From: Candidatus Nealsonbacteria bacterium
GTDB lineage: Bacteria; Patescibacteriota; Minisyncoccia; Minisyncoccales; JBGOYX01
DNA: 64,000 bases
Assembly: GCA_963820485.1 (NCBI GenBank)
Contig: CAWFZW010000004.1
Coordinates: 61,743 to 125,742 of the forward strand
Reading direction: 5' to 3'
Shown here piece after piece: positions 26,453 to 40,385 of the stretch; positions within the stretch are counted from its first letter, which is position 1; every line of letters starts with the position of its first letter. The notes beneath the pieces are model-generated. The model made no database searches. It was not told the origin of the DNA and saw only the letters and a program-made list of their open reading frames with translations. A program made the translations under genes and the position numbers.

Positions 26453-27447
26453 AAATTTACTATAATTTTCGCCAATTTATTAGAGTCATGAAGAACCATT
26501 GTTCTTCTGTTTTCTTTTTTAACAAGAATATCCGAAGGATTTAATGGCTGGAGACGGCGATCTAAAATATCTGCTCCAATATAATTCTTATTTTTTAATA
26601 AATTTTTATCGTATTTAACGAAATCTCCTTTGGGGAAAACTTTTTTTATTTTTTTAAATAAAGCCTTGGGTAATTTTCCCGTGTTAAAAATCACATAATC
26701 AACGGAATTTTTTCCTAAATATTTTTCCAAAACAGTTAAAAAATCCTGTACGCTGAAATTGTCCGTATTGCCGCCCTGCGTCATTAAATTACAAATAAAA
26801 ACTTTTTTAGCTCGGGAACTGCGGAAAGCTGTTTTTATCCCTTTGACCAAAAAATTGGGTAAGATGCTGGTATAAAATTTCCCAGGAGCAATAATAATAC
26901 AATCTGCATTCTTAATTATTGAAATAGCCTTTGGGTTGGCTTTAACTTGAGGATTCAAATACAATTTTTTAATGCCTATTTTTGATAAATACCCGCAATT
27001 TATAATATTTTCTTCACCCTTTATTCTTTTTTTATTATTCAACAAAACTTCTATATCGGCATTGTTTAGGGTTACAGGAATTATTCTGCCTTTAATATTC
27101 AATAATTTTCCCATAATATCTACTGCTCTTTCTAAACTTCCTGCCATCTGCCCAATTCCAGCTATCAAAAGATTACCCAGATTTTGGCCTTTCAGCGTTC
27201 CTTTTCCAAAACGATAGTGAAGAAATTTGGTAAGGTTGCTTTCATTTGCTAAAGCAACCAAACATTGTCTTATGTCTCCGCAGGGTAAAACATTTAATTC
27301 TTTTCTTAATTTGCCGCTGGAGCCTCCGCTATCAAACATTGTTACAATAGCGTTTAAATTAAACGGGTATTTTTTTAGTCCGGATAAAACAACTGAAGAG
27401 CCAATACCTCCGCCAATAACAACGATATTTTTAATTCTTTTTGACAT
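26440..27447 (-). CDS. yvcK: YvcK/CofD-family (UPF0052) gluconeogenesis/cell-shape factor
   Basis: 335 aa. [17 protein letters not shown] and [12 protein letters not shown] motifs. Confidence 0.8.
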   Translation of the reverse strand: MSKRIKNIVVIGGGIGSSVVLSGLKKYPFNLNAIVTMFDSGGSSGKLRKELNVLPCGDIRQCLVALANESNLTKFLHYRFGKGTLKGQNLGNLLIAGIGQMAGSLERAVDIMGKLLNIKGRIIPVTLNNADIEVLLNNKKRIKGEENIINCGYLSKIGIKKLYLNPQVKANPKAISIIKNADCIIIAPGKFYTSILPNFLVKGIKTAFRSSRAKKVFICNLMTQGGNTDNFSVQDFLTVLEKYLGKNSVDYVIFNTGKLPKALFKKIKKVFPKGDFVKYDKNLLKNKNYIGADILDRRLQPLNPSDILVKKENRRTMVLHDSNKLAKIIVNLCKH

Positions 27448-27476
27448 ATATTCTTCTATATATCTAAAATAAATTA

Positions 27477-28778
27477 TTGATTATGGCAAATAGTTTTCTT
27501 ATTAAAGGAGGCTTTCCTCTTTCAGGAGAGGTTGAAATTTCTGGCTATAAAAATTCAGCTGGCGCAATTTTGGCGGCTGTTTTGCTTTCCGAAGAACCAT
27601 CTATTATTGATAATCTGCCTCAAGTCACCGATGTTTTGGACCAAATTGAAATTTTAAAACAGATGGGTGCAGAAGTTGAATGGCAGGGAAAAAGAAAATT
27701 AAAAATAAATACAAAAAATATAAATCCTGAAAAAATTCCTATTAATCTTTTTGAGAAAATGAGGGTATCGGTACTATTTATCGGCCCCTTGGCCATCAGG
27801 TTTAAAAAGTTCAAAGTTCCCCATCCCGGCGGGGATAAAATCGGTTTAAGGCCGATTGTTACTCATCTGGAAGCTCTTGAAAATTTCGGCATAAAAACCG
27901 AAGAAAAAGACGGCTTCTATCATTTCCAAGCTCCCGAAAAACTGGAAGGTAAAAAAGTGGTTCTAAAAGAGTTCTCTGTAACCGCCACTGAAATTATAAT
28001 GATGCTGGCGAGCCGGGCTGCAGGAATTACTAAAATTGAAATTGCCGCCGCCGAACCCCAAGTTCAGGATTTGGGATTTTTTTTAAGAAAAATGGGGGCA
28101 AAGATAGAAGGAATCGGCACCCACACCATTAAAATTGAGGGAAAGGAGAAATTAGGCGGCGCCGAATTTTCTTTGTGTCCAGATTTACTGGAAGCCGGAA
28201 CGTTTTTTATAGCTTTAGCGCTGACCGGCGGAGAAGGCAGAATAAAAAACATAAATCCCGACCACCTCACATTTTTTCTGGGGAAGATGAAAGAAATGGG
28301 AGTAAATTTTGACATCTTAGACAACCCCAAAGGAATTCCTTTGGAATCCTACGGAACAAGTGAAATTTTAGTTAAGAAATCTAATGATTTTAAGCCAGCC
28401 AAAATTCAAGTCCTTCCTTATCCCGGATTTCCGACCGACTTGCAGCCCCAAACATCAGTTTTATTAACACAAGCTCAAGGAAAATCTTTAATCCACGACC
28501 CTCTATATGAAAATCGCTTCCAGCATTTGCACGAATTAAGAAAATTGGGGGCTGATATTGAAATCACCGACCCTCACCGGGCTTTAATTTTTGGAAAAAC
28601 GGAACTTATCGGGAATAAAATCAACGCCTCAGATATAAGATCGGGCGCAGCTTTAATTTTAGCGGGTTTAATTGCTAATGGCCAAACTACAATTGAAAAT
28701 ATTTCTCAAATTGAACGCGGCCACGAAGAAATTGAGGAAAAATTACGAAAACTCGGAGCACAAATTGAAAAAATATAA
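27477..28778 (+). CDS. murA: UDP-N-acetylglucosamine 1-carboxyvinyltransferase
   Basis: Intact 433 aa (an ATG at 27483 is also possible). EPSP/MurA fold motifs: GAKNSA-like YKNSAGAIL, PGGDKIGLRPI, YPGFPTDLQPQ. Confidence 0.93.
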   Translation: MIMANSFLIKGGFPLSGEVEISGYKNSAGAILAAVLLSEEPSIIDNLPQVTDVLDQIEILKQMGAEVEWQGKRKLKINTKNINPEKIPINLFEKMRVSVLFIGPLAIRFKKFKVPHPGGDKIGLRPIVTHLEALENFGIKTEEKDGFYHFQAPEKLEGKKVVLKEFSVTATEIIMMLASRAAGITKIEIAAAEPQVQDLGFFLRKMGAKIEGIGTHTIKIEGKEKLGGAEFSLCPDLLEAGTFFIALALTGGEGRIKNINPDHLTFFLGKMKEMGVNFDILDNPKGIPLESYGTSEILVKKSNDFKPAKIQVLPYPGFPTDLQPQTSVLLTQAQGKSLIHDPLYENRFQHLHELRKLGADIEITDPHRALIFGKTELIGNKINASDIRSGAALILAGLIANGQTTIENISQIERGHEEIEEKLRKLGAQIEKI

Positions 28779-28782
28779 TTAA

Positions 28783-28807
28783 AAGAGGGCGTCCAAAACG
28801 TCCTCTT
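28783..28807. terminator. bidirectional hairpin between the convergent murA and MetE-like genes
   Basis: AAGAGGGCGT-CCAAA-ACGTCCTCTT. Confidence 0.6.
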
Positions 28808-29510
28808 ACAAACCCAATAGCAACTCTCTTGTGATTTGTTGAAGATTGTGAAATACTGGTTCGCAATCTTCAACCGTATATTCCAACGGGCTCAAGCCGC
28901 ACGGTGGCGTGATCAAATCGCCTTTTTGGAAATCTTTAACATCTTCTCTCTTTTCTATACCCCAAGCAATTTTCTTACCGCCCCTATAATGGAGGTACTT
29001 TGTAATATCGTATTGAGATGCATTGAAACTTATAATTTCAATGGCTTGCGATTGAAAAATGACATCCCAATCCATATTTCCGCAGCAATGCACGCCTGGT
29101 ATTACTGAGAAACTCTTGAATATCGGCGTCCATAAGTCCTCAAAATTAAATCCTGCTTGGCCCAGACCGGGTTCGTCTAAGATAAGAATAATTTCCTTTG
29201 CTTTAAGGGGCTCCATAATTAAGGAAATATATTTTACTATCTTTCCCACTGCCTCATCTTCGCTGTAGCCACGCATAACTAATGTTGCTGGTCCGGGAGC
29301 CTGAATTTTTACGGTAGTAAATTCGTTTTTGCAGAATTCGGATAAACAACTTGGGCAAATGAGTTCCTTAATCCAATCCAGCATGAATCCATCCAGCTTC
29401 GGAAGTTCTGGTAAAAAAGGTTTACCATGTCTCAAGCTATACTTTACGGCTTGTTTTATCTTTTTAAAGGGCAATGAGCCAATTTGAGTAATTGGTAATA
29501 TATCCTGCAT
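28806..29510 (-). CDS. MetE-like (cobalamin-independent methionine synthase / UROD-like fold) zinc protein; G+C-rich inserted gene
   Basis: 234 aa. SD GAAGGAGGTGA. TQIGSLPF N-terminus, and GVHCCGN and PPCGLS resembling the His/Cys zinc ligands of the MetE family. Confidence 0.55.
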   Translation of the reverse strand: MQDILPITQIGSLPFKKIKQAVKYSLRHGKPFLPELPKLDGFMLDWIKELICPSCLSEFCKNEFTTVKIQAPGPATLVMRGYSEDEAVGKIVKYISLIMEPLKAKEIILILDEPGLGQAGFNFEDLWTPIFKSFSVIPGVHCCGNMDWDVIFQSQAIEIISFNASQYDITKYLHYRGGKKIAWGIEKREDVKDFQKGDLITPPCGLSPLEYTVEDCEPVFHNLQQITRELLLGL

Positions 29511-29582
29511 TATTCACCTCCTTCTTAATTATTAGAGTAGTAATTCTAAAATATGTGATATTAATAAAAAAATCAAGGCCAG

Positions 29583-29645
29583 CGCGGCCACGAAGAAATT
29601 GAGGAAAAATTACGAAAACTCGGCGCCCAAATTGAAAAGATTTAA
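29583..29645 (+). pseudogene. orphan second copy of the last 20 codons + stop of murA
   Basis: 59/63 nt identical to 28716-28778. All 4 differences are synonymous third-position changes, so both copies encode RGHEEIEEKLRKLGAQIEKI*. Confidence 0.85.
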
Positions 29646-29664
29646 ATAAATTAAAATAAAAATT

Positions 29665-29745
29665 AAAAAATCGTCCGACCTGTAAGGTATAGGGCGATTT
29701 TTTTATTTGGCAGGTCGTCTATCGGACAATGTTAGATCCTGTCTG
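29665..29745 (-). repeat. junction element copy J (3' element with exact ATCTAAC core; hairpin variant; no -10)
   Basis: Minus strand reads CAGGATCTAACATTGTCCGATAGACGACCTGCCAAATAAAAAAATCGCCCTATACCTTACAGGTCGGACGATTTTTT. Confidence 0.6.
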
Positions 29746-29746
29746 G

Positions 29747-30367
29747 TTATAATAGGCCCAATTTAATTAACTCTTTCCTTAATTGCCCTGGTGCCTGAAA
29801 AACAATTCCGTACATCCCTAATTTCTCCGCCGTTTCAACATTAACCTTTTTATCGTCTACAAAAACACAAGCTTCGGGTGGAAGGTTCAGCCTTTTAAGT
29901 GCGATTTCGTAAATCTTTTGGTCAGGCTTCTTAAAACCTTCTTCGCAAGACCAAATAAAAGTTTCTACTCCAATGTCTCTAAGCCTCTGAAGCCTTCCCA
30001 TTTCTTCATCAGCCAAAAGAGAAGTTTTATTTATATTTGCTAAGACAGCTAAACGAATCCCTCTTTTGTGTAATTCGCTTAGAATATCCCATGATGGCTT
30101 GATATCTTTAGACCACTCTTTATACGAGTTAAACCAGAAATTATCGGTAAATTCTTTAGATAATTCAATCCCTCTCTGTATTTTAATTTCATTCCAAAAA
30201 ATACTTTCATCAATCTCCCCCTTACCCCATCTATCAAAAAGCGGCTTAACGATTTCTTCTGTTTTCTCTGTGCCGATGTTTAATTCATCGGCGATCTTTT
30301 TATACAATACCGTCCAATTTTCTGTTGCCAAAACTGAACCTAAATCAAAAATCACTGCTTTTATCAT
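29747..30367 (-). CDS. HAD-superfamily hydrolase (YihX-like, IFDLGSVL motif I); cassette ORF
   Basis: 206 aa. Motif I VIFDLGSV and motif IV FVDDKKVN. Module copy F has TAGAAT 6 nt before the ATG. Confidence 0.8.
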   Translation of the reverse strand: MIKAVIFDLGSVLATENWTVLYKKIADELNIGTEKTEEIVKPLFDRWGKGEIDESIFWNEIKIQRGIELSKEFTDNFWFNSYKEWSKDIKPSWDILSELHKRGIRLAVLANINKTSLLADEEMGRLQRLRDIGVETFIWSCEEGFKKPDQKIYEIALKRLNLPPEACVFVDDKKVNVETAEKLGMYGIVFQAPGQLRKELIKLGLL

Positions 30368-30373
30368 AAATTT

Positions 30374-30457
30374 ATTCTACCAAAAAACCGCCTTCTTTTA
30401 AAAGCGGCTCCCCTTCTGTGAGGGCTAGTCAGGGTGGCTAAGCAGATTCAAACCAGT
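30374..30457 (-). repeat. junction module copy F
   Basis: Minus strand reads CTGGTTTGAATCTGCTTAGCC...CAGAAGGGGAGCCGCTTTTAAAAGAAGGCGGTTTTTTGGTAGAAT. Confidence 0.65.
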
Positions 30458-31010
30458 TTAGCCTTTAGCTAATTCAAACGCCTTGAGATTTAATTCCAGA
30501 AATTGAGCTGGAATTATTTTTTTAATGGCGGTTTTAATCGATTCGGATTCCAGAGGGATTAAATTTTTGGAAACAGCCAAGCTCATCAGGTAAATGCCGG
30601 AAAAACCTCTTTTCCAAGTTTTTCTTGGCAGATTTTTTCTGCCGGGAAACCGATAATGCCTTTACTAATTTTTTTTAGCTTATTTAAAATTTCTTTTTCC
30701 GACAAGGGTTTTTCCGCGGGAATTGGAAAAACATATTGATTAATCAAAAAATTGGTCTTCGAATTGGCAAAATAAATTCCGTTTAAAGTTTCTTGCTCTT
30801 CCAGACCTAAAACTAAATCGGCCTTTCCTTGAGATACCATTGGCGAAAAAATCTTCTTGCCGAATTTGATATGAACTTCCACCGAACCTCCTCTTTGAGC
30901 GAAACCGTGAAGCTCCGAACTTATAACGTCATAACCTTCCAACAGGGCGGCCTGATTTAAAATCTGCAAAAGAGTAATCAACCCCTGTCCGCCACTCCCA
31001 TAATTATCAT
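30458..31010 (-). CDS. iorB: indolepyruvate/2-oxoacid:ferredoxin oxidoreductase beta (gamma-like) subunit, frameshifted
   Basis: ATG at 31010 gives MIIMGV; one G is missing in GGQG. ORF 30586..30981 carries ITLLQILNQAALLEGYDV...HGFAQRGGSV. The C-terminus was recovered in another frame. Confidence 0.75.
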
Positions 31011-31032
31011 ATTAAATTGGTGGGTTATTTTT

Positions 31033-32651
31033 TTAATTTATTACGAATTTACAGGGATGTTTGGCAATGATTACCGAAACTTCTTCTTTATCCAAAAAAT
31101 TCTTTAACCGTATGGATAAATTCTTCCTGATTTATCGGGGTCGATTGTTTTTAAATTTTTTACTCCGCAGGCTGAACCAGAGTTTCAATTTCTATTGGCT
31201 CTGCCACGCCGACGGCAGCCGGATGAGGTTGATGACCGGTCATAGCCGTAGTTTCATTATTTAAAATAATAATTAAAGGATTTGATTTGTTGACAACGGC
31301 ATTAATTAAAGCCGGAATTCCCGCGTGAAAAAAAGAACAATCGCCGACAAAAGTAATCAATTTTTGACTGGTGGCTTTCTCAATTCCGTGGGCAATTCCC
31401 ACCGAAGAACCCATACAAGAGAAATAATCCTGCAAATCAACTGGCGAATTGCCAAAAAGCATATAACAGCCAATTTCTCCGCCAAAAATTACTTCCTCAG
31501 GTTAACCGCTTTTTTTATAGCTGAAAAACCAGCCAATAAGGGCATCCGGGGCAGAGTTGAGGAAACGTTTGGCGCGAATTTTTGATTCCGTTTCAATTTA
31601 TAATTTTTGTTAGCGACTTTGCCAATAGCCGAAATGACATTTCGGGTTTTGATTCGCCGACTTCGGCAATAGATTTTTCCCAAAAATTGAAGTTTACGAT
31701 TTACTTCTTTAGCTAAACCTTTTACCCATTGTTCCAAAGATGGCTTCCAGTTCTTCTACAATTAAAACTTTTTTAAGTTTCCTTATAAAATTTTTAGCTT
31801 TTTTATTGGGAGAAGGATAAAAAAACCCGAGCTTCAAAATAGGAAGGTTGAGATTCAACTCTTTTAAATTTCTTCCACATATAGATAAGAGATGGCTGAA
31901 GTTATAATTCCTATTTTTGATTTTTTGCCAATTTCAATCTTATTTATTTTTGTTTTTTCTGAAAACTCTCTTATTTTTTCAATTTTTTCAAACAACTCTT
32001 TTTTCATTTCCAAAACGCGTGGCGGCAAGTCACACATCGTTTGACGTCTTTAATAAATTTTCCTTTATTCTTAATTCCTAATTCATACTCCCCAATTTTT
32101 ACCGGCATTCTCTGATGGGCCACTCTTGTGGTAGTTCTTATCATCACTGGTATTTTAAATTTTTCTGAAATTTGAAAACCTAATTTGATAAAATCTAAAC
32201 ATTCTTGCGGGTCGGATGGCTCTAAAATCGGAATATGAACAAGATTTTTAATGGGTCTCGTATTTTCTTCTGACTGGGCTGAACTGTGACAGGAAGGGTC
32301 GTCAGCAACAATAATCACGGTCGGCCCCTTTGTGCCCGTATAAACAAAAGGAAATAAAGCGTCCAAAGCAACATTCAAGTCCGAAATTTTTCATTGCCAC
32401 TAATGTTTTTAAGCCGGAAAAAGAGGCGCCGATGCTAGCTTCCAAAGCTACTTTTTCATTGGTGGAAAATTCAAAATAAACTCCAGCGTCTTTTGCAATT
32501 TTATAAAAAATATTGCCGATTTCCGAAGCCGGCGTACCAGGATAAGTGGAGATAAAATTGACGCCCGCTTCCAAGGCGCCTCTAACAATAGCTTCATTTC
32601 CCAATAAAATAATTTTTTTATTGGAATTATTTAATGAAGAATATTCTCCAT
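31033..32651 (-). CDS. iorA: indolepyruvate:ferredoxin oxidoreductase alpha subunit (TPP-binding), multiple frameshifts
   Basis: Fragments 32302..32604 (GNEAIVRGALEAGVNFISTYPGTPASEI), 32004..32378 and 31160..31462 (GDCSFFHAGIPALINAV, TAMTGHQ). Confidence 0.75.
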
Positions 32652-32662
32652 ATATATATATT

Positions 32663-34483
<1,821 letters not shown>

Positions 34484-34488
34484 GTATG

Positions 34489-36937
34489 TTAAATTACTAT
34501 ATTAATTAATTTTCCGGGGACAAAAATTACTTTTTTAACCTTTTTCCCTTCTATCCATCTTTTAACTTTTTCTCTTTCTAATGTCAATTTTTTAGCTTTC
34601 TCTTCTGAAGTATTAGCATCAACCTCAACTTTATCCCGAACCTTGCCATTTACCTGGATTACCAAAGTTATTATTTTTTCTTTAAGTAATTTTTTGTCAT
34701 ATTTTGGCCACGATTGATTGTGAATACTTTCTTCATGCCCCAGTTGATGCCACAATTCTTCAGTAATATGGGGAGCAAACGGCGAAAGTAAAATCAGCGT
34801 TTTTTTAAGCGTATCTCTGCCGATTTCTGATTTATTTTCTGATGCAAAATTAATAAATTCCATAAAAGCTGCGACTATTGTATTAAATTTTATCGCTTCC
34901 AAATCATTATCTATTTTTTTATTTAATTTGTTTATCTCCCTTATTGCGCTTTTGCTACTTTTCTTATTATTCTGACAATTCTAAAAATAATTTCCAAACT
35001 TTTTCCAAAAACCTGGAAACGCCTTTTACTCCATGAGTACTCCAAGAAATGGCTTGGTCAAAAGGCCCCATAAACATTTCATAAAGACGCAGAGTATCTG
35101 CTCCGTATTCCTTGATAATATCATCGGGGTTAATTACATTTCCGAAAGATTTTGACATTTTCCTACCGTCTTCCGCCAAGACAATTCCGTGAGAAGTCCT
35201 TCTTTTATAGGGTTCTGGCTGCGGAGCTATACCAATATCAAAAAGAAATTTATAGATAAATCGTGAATATAAAAGATGTAAAGTAGTGTGTTCGAAACCG
35301 CCATTGTACCAATCGACTGGAAGCCAATATTTTAATTTCTTTTTATCTGCCAAAACTTCATCATTTTTGGGGTCGGTGTATCGCATAAAATACCAGTTAG
35401 AACCTGCCCAATTAGGCATAGTATCAGTTTCTCTTTTGGCGGGACCTTTGCAGTTTGGACACTTTGTATTTACCCATTCAGAAATTTTAGCTAAAGGCGA
35501 CTCACCCGTTCCGGTAGGTTGATATTTTTCTATATAAGGTAGTTCAACCGGCAAATCTTTTTCCGGCACTGGGACTTGACCGCATTTTTCGCAATGGATA
35601 ATCGGAATCGGTTCTCCCCAATAATGCTGTCTGGAAAAAATCCAGTCTCTTAATTTATAGCAGATCGTTTTTTTGCCTGAATTTCTCTTTACTAAAAATT
35701 CGGCAATTCTCTCTTTGGCAATTTTTGAGTCTAATCCGTCAAATCTTCCTGAATTTATTAAAATTCCTTCTCCTTCATAAGCTTTCTCAAAAGTCCCGCT
35801 GGAAACCACTAAGGGCGCCTCTTCCGGCAATTCTTCTTCATGGGGTTTTATTACTTCAATCATTGGCAAATTATATTTTTTGGCAAAATCAAAATCTCTC
35901 TGGTCGTGGCAAGGAACGGCCATTATAGCTCCCGTGCCATAAGAAGATAAAACATAATCTGCAATAAAAATAGGAATTTCCCGATTATTTACGGGATTTA
36001 CGGCTTTTACCCCCTTAATTTCTACCCCGCTTTTCTCTTTTATTTCAGAAATTCTTTCTCTTTCGCTTTTTCTTTTTGATTTTTCAATATAATCTTCAAT
36101 AAATCTGTAATTTTTAATTTGAGGTTTCAATTTTTCAATAATAGGATGCTCGGGTGCCGCCACTAAATAAGTGCAACCAAACAAAGTGTCCGGCCTGGTG
36201 GTAAATACCTCAATTGAAAATTCAGAATTAATAATCGAAAATTTGATTTCAGCTCCTTCCGATCTCCCAATCCAGTTTATCTGCTGAATTTTAACCTTTT
36301 CCGGATAATCAACTTTTTTTAAATCGTCTATTAATCTATCGGCGTAAGCTGTAATTTTTATCATCCACTGTTTTAATATTTTTTCCCCCACTTCTGCTCC
36401 GCATCGTTCGCATTTTCCATCTACCACCTCCTCGTTGGCTAAACCGATTTTACAGGAAGGACACCAATTAACCGGAATTTCAGCCTGATAAGCTAATCCT
36501 TTTTCAAAAAGTTTCAGAAAAATCCATTGGGTCCATTTATAATATTTAGGATCGGTGGTGTTTATTTCTCTAGACCAGTCAAAAGAAAGACCCATATTTT
36601 TTATTTGTTTTTTAAAATTAGCTATGTTTTTTTCGGTGGCTATCTGGGGATGAATTCTTTTTTTAATGGCATAGTTTTCCGTTGGCAGACCGAAAGCATC
36701 CCAACCAATGGGATATAAAACATTGAAACCTTCCATTCTTTTTTTCCGTGAAATGGCATCTATGGCGGCATAAGGACGAGCATGACCGACGTGGAGTCCG
36801 TCTCCTGAAGGATAGGGAAATTCAATCAAAATATATTGTTTGTTCTTCTTTGAAAAATCTTCGGCTCTATAAAATCCGTGTTGTTCCCAATAACGCTGCC
36901 ATTTAGATTCTATTTCATCTGGATTATATTTTTCCAT
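34489..36937 (-). CDS. leuS: leucine--tRNA ligase (one frameshift near 34900-34970)
   Basis: Fragments 34967..36952 (start refined to ATG 36937, [10 protein letters not shown]; HVGHARPY = HIGH; KMSKS present) and 34489..34902 (anticodon-binding/C-terminal domain). Confidence 0.93.
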
Positions 36938-37013
36938 ATTGCATTGCTTCAATATTTTTCACTTTATCATAAAAAATCGGCTTTCTCAAGCCGATTTTTT
37001 AATTTTTAATACT

Positions 37014-37899
37014 TTATTCTAAATTAAATAATTTTTTGGCATTTTGGGTGGTAATTTGAGATATTTTTTCAAAACTTTCTTCTTTTAATTCAGCAATCTT
37101 CTGGATTACGTGTTTAATATATAATGGCTCGTTGCGCCCATTTTCTTGTGGAGGTGTAAGATAAGGACAATCTGTTTCAATTAAAATTTTTTCCAAAGGT
37201 ATTTTTTTTATTATTTCATTTGAATTTAGTTTAAAAATTATTCCGTTAAATCCGAGATAAAATCCCATTTCTAAATATTCTTGTGCTTCCTTCAAAATGC
37301 CGACAAAACAGTGCACTACACCGCTGTAAATCTGGCCAATTAAATTCTTTTATCGCGCCAATTAAGTCGTTATGCGCAACTCTGCAATGAAAAATTACCG
37401 GTAAATCCAGTTCTTTCGCCAATTCTAATTGTTTTAAAAAAACTTCTTTTTGCTTTTCTTTAAATTGTTCCAGTTTAATCTTGGTTTTCGGCCGATAATA
37501 GTAATCCAAGCCGATTTCGCCTATTGCTACTACCCGCCTCATCGGCGGGTCGCCGATGAGGCGACTTGTTAATTCCCTGTATTTTTCGTAATCAAATTCT
37601 TCTTCTTTTGTTTTAAATTTTATTTCTTCAGTGCTTGCCCCGTGAATTCCCGAGGGTAACTCTGCGGGGTCTATTTTTGTTTTAAAAATTCCACTTGATA
37701 AATGAATCGGATGAAGACCAACGGCAGCATAAATTCCTTTCTCATATTTTTCTGCAATTTCCACCGCTCTTTTACTTGTTTCATAAGTTGAACCGACATT
37801 TATCATCCAAATATCATTATCCAAAGACCGACGAATCACTTCGTCGGCATTGTCTCTGAAGGCATTAAAATTAAGGTGTGCGTGAGTATCTATTATCAT
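37014..37899 (-). CDS. tatD: TatD-family metal-dependent hydrolase (frameshift near 37250-37320)
   Basis: MIIDTHAHLN, AIGEIGLDYY, and HCRVAH/HCF motifs across fragments 37246..37899 and 37014..37316. Confidence 0.88.
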
Positions 37900-37978
37900 A
37901 AAAGCGTTGAAACTTGCCCCGTAGGGAAAACGAAGTTTTCTCCTTTGGGGTTTAAGTGAGCATGAGTATCAATAAGCA

Positions 37979-38887
37979 TTATTTTTTAAGTATTTCTTAG
38001 ACTGCCAAAAAGCAATACCGACAAGTAGAATTGTAATTAATGTCGGAAGATATTCCGGGATAGCCGCTCCGAAACTTTTGACGATAATAAAAACTCCCAA
38101 AAGTCCGATTGAGGTCATTGCTCCGTTTTTTAAAAAGTTATATTGAGCACTTTTTCAATACTTTTAATAGTTAAATCCCTGACAATTAAAGCGCCGATTC
38201 CGTTTCCTATTAAGAATCAAAGGACTGAAGTGGTAAAGGCAAAAGCGCCCATCACTCCGTCAAAACTAAAAGAAGCATCTAAAACTTCAAATAAATAAAT
38301 TTTGAAAAATCACTAAATCTGTGATCCTGTCTTTTAATATTTCTTCTTGTTTTCGGCTTGTTCGCGAAATCCATACATAATAAAAAAAACAGCATTACCA
38401 ACAGCAGCAGAAAGCATCAAAAACGGAGAATGCCGGGCCAAATAAAGCAAGAGCAACTAAAATTATGGCAGCAAAGGCAAAAAACCAAACTCCATGATGG
38501 GGTTTTATAAATTTATCAATAACAAAAAGAGGATCTTTTTTCTTCCAAAAATAACCAGTGTAAATATAAAAGTAAAAGAAAAACGCCGGCTCCAATCAAA
38601 ATTATTCCTTTTCTTGCTTCCATAAGTTCAGCTATTTCCGGCTTTGAATGAAACATTGCTTCAAATGCGCCCAGAAATCCAATTTCGGGCACAGACAACC
38701 AAACAACCAATAAGGGCAAAAGTCCTCTCATAATAAAAACGGCGGATAAAATCCCCCAAAAAAGGAAAATTTTCCGCCACTTTCCGGCTCATTGTTTTTA
38801 AAACATAGCATTAACAATGGCATTATCAATGCTGTTCACCGCCTCAAAAACCATCAATCCCAAAATTATAATAATAGCCGTAAGCAT
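37979..38887 (-). CDS. DUF475/TerC-like integral membrane protein, many frameshifts
   Basis: Hand translation from ATG 38887 gives MLTAIIIILGLMVFEAVNSIDNAIVNA... and later LEVLDASFSFDGVMGAFAFT. Track fragments 38516..38731 and 38395..38595. Confidence 0.6.
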
Positions 38888-38912
38888 GTTTTAAATTTTC
38901 AGGAATAAAGGT

Positions 38913-40318
<1,406 letters not shown>

Positions 40319-40385
40319 AAAACAAAAAAAGGAAGTTTAATTCCTCTAATTTTAACACAAAGTCGGCTTAATTTAAACTCGTTTT

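Noticed and set aside
34484-34490. A glmS ribozyme upstream of glmS.
   Set aside because: The leuS stop is only about 5 nt upstream of the glmS start codon, so there is no room for the ~170 nt ribozyme.
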